In this document: positions 59,709 through 64,000 of the stretch, piece by piece
Layout: each line of letters begins with the position of its first letter
Position numbering within the stretch: position 1 is the first letter of the stretch
DNA from: an uncultured Gemmatimonadaceae bacterium
GTDB taxonomy: Bacteria; Gemmatimonadota; Gemmatimonadetes; Gemmatimonadales; Gemmatimonadaceae
Length of the DNA stretch: 64,000 nucleotides
Direction: 5' to 3'
Assembly (NCBI GenBank): GCA_963740355.1
Contig: CAVUDW010000003.1
Location: 2,208,001-2,272,000, forward strand
The notes under the pieces: generated by a model
Databases searched by the model: none
What the model saw: the letters and a program-made list of their open reading frames with translations, nothing else
Told to the model about the DNA's origin: nothing
Made by a program: the position numbers and the translations under genes

Positions 59709-61157
59709 ATGACCGGTACGACAGACAGCAGCACAGAAGCCACCGTACACAGCGCCACGCCCGACTCGACCTTCGGCCGAATCGTGGGTGACGTGCGCGA
59801 CGCGCTGCGCGGACGGCAGCACGACTACACCAGCGGCCCGATCGGACAGGCGATCTTCCTGCTCGCGATCCCGATGGTGCTGGAGATGATCATGGAGAGC
59901 CTGTTCGCGCTCTCCGACGTGTTTTTCGTGGCGCGCCTCGGCGCCGCCGCCGTGGCGACCGTCGGGCTGACGGAATCGATGATGATCGTGGTCTACACAC
60001 TGGCGATGGGACTGTCCATCTCCGGTACCGCGGTCGTCGCTCGACGCATCGGCGAGAAGGATGCCGATGGCGCAGGACGCGCGGCTGTCCAGGCAATTCT
60101 GCTCGGCGCGATCGTCGCATCGTTGATCGCGATCACGGGTGCGGTGCTGGCACCGACGCTGCTTCGTGCAATGGGCGCGGGTGACGATGTGATCGCCACC
60201 GGCACGACGTTCGCCCGCGTCATGCTGGGCGGCAGCGTGACGGCGTTCCTGCTCTTCGTGGTCAACGCCACCTTCCGTGGCGCCGGCGACGCCGCAGTCT
60301 CGATGCGTGTCATGTGGCTCGCCAACGGTATCAACATCGCCCTTGGCCCGATGCTGATTTTTGGCATTGGGCCATTTCCGAAGCTGGGCGTGACTGGTGC
60401 CGCGCTTGCAACCACGATCGGCCGCGGCACCGGCCTGCTCTACGCGTTGTATCGATTGGTGCGCGGCAGCGGCAACCTCCGCGTGCGTCGTGCGCATGTC
60501 GTCTTCGAACCGCGCACGATGCTGAGCATGTTGCGCCTATCGGTGAATGGCACCTTCCAGGTGCTGGTGGGAAGCCTCAGCTGGATCCTGCTCGTGCGCC
60601 TGATGGCGGTGTTCGGCAGCGCAGCCATGGCAGGATACACAATCGCGGTTCGGATGGTGATGTTCGCGATGCTGCCCGCATGGGGACTTGGCAATGCCGC
60701 CGCCACCATGGTCGGACAGGCACTCGGCGCCGGAAATCCCGATCGCGCAGAGAAGGCGGTGTGGACTGCGGCGCGCTACAACGTGGCATTCCTTGGCCTG
60801 ATGGGGCTGATCTTCGGGCTCTTCGCCCCGGCAATCGTGAGCGGTTTCACGTCGGATCCCGCCGTCTCATCGGTGGCCGTGGACGGCCTGCGCCTGATGG
60901 CGTTCGGCTTTCCACTCTTCGCCTTCGGCATGGTGCTGACGCAGTCGTTCAACGGCGCTGGCGATACAGCCACACCGACACGCATCAACATCGGGGTCTT
61001 CTGGGTGTTCGAGATCCCGCTCGCCTGGTTCCTGGCGAAACACACCGCGCTCGGCTTCCACGCCATCTTCATCTCGATTTCCGTCGCCTACTCACTGCTC
61101 GCCGCCGTCAGCTACACCATGTTCCGCCGAGGCACCTGGCGAATCAGGAAGGTCTAG
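59709..61157 (+). CDS. MATE-family efflux transporter
   Basis: LAIPMVLE, DVFFVARLG, FRGAGD, LGVTGAALAT and MVGQALGAG motifs; GAGG before the start. Confidence 0.93.
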   Translation: MTGTTDSSTEATVHSATPDSTFGRIVGDVRDALRGRQHDYTSGPIGQAIFLLAIPMVLEMIMESLFALSDVFFVARLGAAAVATVGLTESMMIVVYTLAMGLSISGTAVVARRIGEKDADGAGRAAVQAILLGAIVASLIAITGAVLAPTLLRAMGAGDDVIATGTTFARVMLGGSVTAFLLFVVNATFRGAGDAAVSMRVMWLANGINIALGPMLIFGIGPFPKLGVTGAALATTIGRGTGLLYALYRLVRGSGNLRVRRAHVVFEPRTMLSMLRLSVNGTFQVLVGSLSWILLVRLMAVFGSAAMAGYTIAVRMVMFAMLPAWGLGNAAATMVGQALGAGNPDRAEKAVWTAARYNVAFLGLMGLIFGLFAPAIVSGFTSDPAVSSVAVDGLRLMAFGFPLFAFGMVLTQSFNGAGDTATPTRINIGVFWVFEIPLAWFLAKHTALGFHAIFISISVAYSLLAAVSYTMFRRGTWRIRKV

Positions 61158-61159
61158 GC

Positions 61160-61393
61160 GCCGTCGGCGAGGGTGAAAGTCGAAACGTACCCGCAGAGCG
61201 CACGACGCCGGCCGAGGCACCTGGCGAATTCGCAAGGTGTAGCCGCGGTCGGTGAAGGAGTTAGTCGAAGCTCACGCACAGACAGAGACGACGCCGGCCG
61301 AGGCGCCCGCAGGCCAAGGCGGAAACCGCAGCAATACCGGGAGGTATTGCGAGGATTTCCAACGCCGGCATGCGGGATGCCCCGGCCGGCGTC
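61160..61393. repeat. Nested REP/MITE-like element: two degenerate ~65-bp direct repeats plus a ~104-nt hairpin
   Basis: Units start at 61160 and 61245 and share ACGACGCCGGCCGAGGC; hairpin arms are 61290-61304 and 61379-61393, with an inner GCAATAC/GTATTGC stem. Confidence 0.7.
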
Positions 61394-61865
61394 ACGCAGG
61401 GGGGATGCGGTCGAGATGCCAGGCAGTGTGTGTCCACTGCCCGTTCTTCCGCACGAACACTTCGGTACCGCGACCCGACGTCTCGCTCACGGTACCATCC
61501 TTCCCCTTCAACGCCAGGTGAAACGTGGTGTAGAAAATGACGACGTCGCCGTACTGCTGGAACTCGGTGCGCGGAAAATGCAGCGCTGCGATCGTCTGGC
61601 CAGCACCGGCCAACTCCGTCATCTGTCGCAGCGTCGCAGCGCGGTCGCTCCACGTCCCACCATCCCAGCCCATCGCCAGCAGTTCGCCGGGTACGACCTG
61701 TTGAAATCCAGCCTGATCGTTGCTGAGGTAGGTACGCCAGGCGCGTTCGCGCAGCGCCAGCAGTTCCGTCTTCGTGGCGGCATCCGGCTGCGGTCCGAAC
61801 GACTGTGCGGACATCGTGGAGACGGCACCCATCATGGCCAGCGCGGCCCATCCAAACACTCGCAT
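61392..61865 (-). CDS. NTF2-like (DUF4440) secreted protein
   Basis: Signal peptide; YGDVVI and GRGTEVFVRKNGQW motifs; GAGG before the start. Confidence 0.82.
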   Translation of the reverse strand: MRVFGWAALAMMGAVSTMSAQSFGPQPDAATKTELLALRERAWRTYLSNDQAGFQQVVPGELLAMGWDGGTWSDRAATLRQMTELAGAGQTIAALHFPRTEFQQYGDVVIFYTTFHLALKGKDGTVSETSGRGTEVFVRKNGQWTHTAWHLDRIPPA

Positions 61866-62010
61866 ATGTGATCCTCGACGTGAGAACGGTGGTCCAACGT
61901 GCATCACGGGTATGCGCAGGGCAACGGCCTTTCCCGACATGCGGTCGAGGCCAAAGCCCCGCCGCACTCCGGACTTCCGTCCGCGTCGGGATAGACGTTG
62001 CTTGCTCTGC

Positions 62011-63159
62011 ATGACGCCCCCAACCGCTCTTGTCCCGCCTCGTATCGTCGTGATCGGCGCCGGCCTGCTCGGTGGCTCGCTGCTGGCCGCCCTGCAGACC
62101 CGGCGGCGCGAGTACCATCTCACGGCCATCTCGTCCGCCGCCACGCTCGACGGGCTCCGGGAGCGTGGCTGGTGTGACGCTCTTTTCGGATACGGTGATC
62201 TCGCACAGGCCTGCGCCGGCGCGGACATCGTCCTGCTCTGCACGCCACTGTCGTCGATCCACGAACAAATCGACACCATCGCGCTGATTCGGCACGACCT
62301 GGCGGCCGCGGCCATCGTGATCGACGTCGGCTCGACCAAACGCGAAATCTGCGCGCACGGTTTTTCGCGTTTTCCGGATGAGGGCCCGCAGTCGGCACGT
62401 TTCGTTGGCGGTCACCCGATGGCCGGCTCGGAGAAATCAGGCCTCGCGGCGGCGGACCCGCTGCTGTACCAGTCAGCCCTTTGGGTGTTGTGCCCGCCGC
62501 CTGATCTCCCACTCTCGCGGCTCGATTCGGTGAAGGCGCTGATCCATGCCGTTGGCGCGCGCGTGGCTGTGCTCGATCCGGAACTCCACGATGATGCCGT
62601 CGCACGCATCAGCCATGTACCGCAGCTGCTCGCATCGGTGTTGGCGGGGTGGGCGGGCGCGCAGGATCGCACGGCCGAGGCGGCACTCGCGCTTGCCGCC
62701 GGCGGCTTTCGTGACATGACGCGCCTCGCGCTGTCATCGTGGGAGATCTGGCGTGACATCGTGGCCACCAACCGGCTGCCGATCGCGAACGGTCTGCAGG
62801 AGATGGCCGATCGACTCGAAGAGTTGGCGCGCGCGACCCGTGATCCCGACGGCGCCAACGCGCTACTTGGCGTCGCCTTCGCGGAAGGCAAGGCATTTCG
62901 CGAGCGCTTCCACATGCCACGGAAGGGTATCGTGCACGATCTCTCCGAGTTGGTGGTGCGGCTCGAGGATCGGCCCGGCCAGTTGCTGGCACTGTTTGCC
63001 CCACTCGCAGCGGCCGGATTGAATGTACAGGACCTCGAAATTCTGAAGGTGCGCGAAGGGGAGAGCGGAACGATCCTGCTCGGCTTCGGCACCCCCGCTG
63101 ACGCCGTGCGCGCGTATGACCTGCTCGTAGCGCACGGCTTCTCGGTCATGACGCGCTGA
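62011..63159 (+). CDS. tyrA: Prephenate/arogenate dehydrogenase with C-terminal ACT domain
   Basis: IGAGLLGGS, DVGSTK, GGHPMAGSE, HD...SHVPQ, GFRDMTRLA and DRPGQL (ACT). Confidence 0.9.
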   Translation: MTPPTALVPPRIVVIGAGLLGGSLLAALQTRRREYHLTAISSAATLDGLRERGWCDALFGYGDLAQACAGADIVLLCTPLSSIHEQIDTIALIRHDLAAAAIVIDVGSTKREICAHGFSRFPDEGPQSARFVGGHPMAGSEKSGLAAADPLLYQSALWVLCPPPDLPLSRLDSVKALIHAVGARVAVLDPELHDDAVARISHVPQLLASVLAGWAGAQDRTAEAALALAAGGFRDMTRLALSSWEIWRDIVATNRLPIANGLQEMADRLEELARATRDPDGANALLGVAFAEGKAFRERFHMPRKGIVHDLSELVVRLEDRPGQLLALFAPLAAAGLNVQDLEILKVREGESGTILLGFGTPADAVRAYDLLVAHGFSVMTR

Positions 63160-63210
63160 CGCCCACCGTTGCATGCCGGTGAACGCCAGCACGTCCGCGA
63201 GCGGGTTGTG

Positions 63211-63699
63211 TCAGGCGCCCGTCTCGACCGCTTTCTGCCCCTTCTTGTACGTCACGTAGACGAACACTGGAATGCCGAGGTCGCCCAGATGCTGCACCAG
63301 CAGCGGTTGGACATCCTTCCAGTCCAGCCCACCGGCGCCAGTGGCGAGTCGCGGCAGTGCCAGGCTGGTGACTCCGTCCTTCTCGATGGCATGGCGCAGC
63401 CGCTTCAGCGCGTGATTCACGTTGCCCGTCGTGGCGCGACCGGACGGCTGTGATGGCTGTTCGCCTTCCTGTGTGAGCAGGTTGTAGATCGTCTTGCCTT
63501 CTGCATTGCGGAAGGTCCAGATCTCCCCTGTCCGTGGCGCAGCCTGGTGCGCGTAATGGCGGAAATCCTTCGCCAGCGACGGCCACAGCTCGCGCAGCGC
63601 GAGGGCAAGCCCGGCATCAAAGTGATCATTGGGTGACACGCCATGTGCGATGGCCTGTGCACCCGTCAAAAGAATGTCGCCTTCGACTTCGTGAATCAT
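63211..63699 (-). CDS. Macrodomain protein (Poa1p/TARG1/DarG-like)
   Basis: EGDIL, AHGV, GLALAL, IYNLLTQ and SLALPRLATGAGGLDW motifs. Confidence 0.85.
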   Translation of the reverse strand: MIHEVEGDILLTGAQAIAHGVSPNDHFDAGLALALRELWPSLAKDFRHYAHQAAPRTGEIWTFRNAEGKTIYNLLTQEGEQPSQPSGRATTGNVNHALKRLRHAIEKDGVTSLALPRLATGAGGLDWKDVQPLLVQHLGDLGIPVFVYVTYKKGQKAVETGA

Positions 63700-63916
63700 G
63701 TCTGCCCCGTTCAGGGAACGCCTCCGTTGGCAGCGCCAAACGACACACAGTGCCGCGGCGCGCGCGATGACGGAATATTCGGAACGGACCGGCTAATCCC
63801 TGTACGGGATTGCCGTACGGTGTGTCAGGCAGATGACCGCAGGCGATGTGCACCCCTGCGGCAAACATGATCGCCAACGCACTGATCGCGAGCACCGTCC
63901 GCGATCACGGTGCAAG

Positions 63917-64000
63917 TCAGGAGACGCCGATCAGCAACTCATCAGTCGGCGTCAGCACCGTGCGTTGCTCCACCGCACGCTGCACCATGCGCTCGAAGGC
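63917..64000 (-). CDS. C-terminal end of a gene entering from beyond the window
   Basis: Open frame ...AFERMVQRAVEQRTVLTPTDELLIGVS* to the window edge. Confidence 0.45.
   Translation of the reverse strand, partial: AFERMVQRAVEQRTVLTPTDELLIGVS

Noticed and set aside
59307..60497. 671-aa version of the TPR ORF
   Set aside because: The upstream part is antisense to MATE and its leader; the signal peptide starts at 59306.
61866..62415. Extended minus-strand ORFs over tyrA
   Set aside because: Antisense to tyrA; the DUF4440 gene has its own RBS and signal peptide at 61865.
63626..63895. 89-aa minus-strand ORF
   Set aside because: Overlaps the macrodomain start in another frame and has no recognisable motif.
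1..64000. tRNA, rRNA, CRISPR, integrase, transposase or prophage genes
   Set aside because: None recognised by eye; tRNAscan-SE, Infernal and ISEScan would be needed to exclude them.

Overview
GC-rich, gene-dense bacterial chromosomal segment. The protein styles (many TAT/Sec-exported hydrolases, BIG2+PD40 and carboxypeptidase-regulatory/plug proteins, a BTAD regulator) suggest a Gemmatimonadota-like organism, which is an inference only. I saw no rRNA, tRNA, CRISPR array, transposase or integrase. Main content: (1) a sugar-utilisation locus with an MFS transporter, dihaem cytochrome c, TAT TIM-barrel protein, an archaeal-type ACT/DUF5612 protein and a large GH-like gene missing from the ORF track, plus a divergent DUF1080 gene; (2) a MarR-VOC pair with matching operators; (3) a GH29 fucosidase, a SulP-carbonic anhydrase pair, amidohydrolases and DHA2 and MATE exporters; (4) a frameshifted CocE/NonD hydrolase, a BNR/VPS10 protein and a ThuA-GSDH fusion; (5) an xylB-xylA-TIM barrel-Gfo/Idh operon; (6) a coupled six-gene ACP-dependent acyl-transfer cassette; (7) a STAND-ATPase/TPR/HTH-BTAD regulator with reversed domain order, a linker minisatellite and candidate TTAA boxes; (8) divergent glgA/glgC, a small-ORF + nucleotidyltransferase TA-like pair beside a duplicated gene 3' end, an AlkZ/YcaQ-like gene, tyrA-ACT and a macrodomain gene. 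The most interesting non-annotated signals are a promoter-leader peptide-terminator (attenuator-like) region upstream of the MATE pump, a recurring TANNNT-N6/7-ATG leaderless signature, and a nested repeat/hairpin element. All family assignments come from motif recognition by eye, not database searches.
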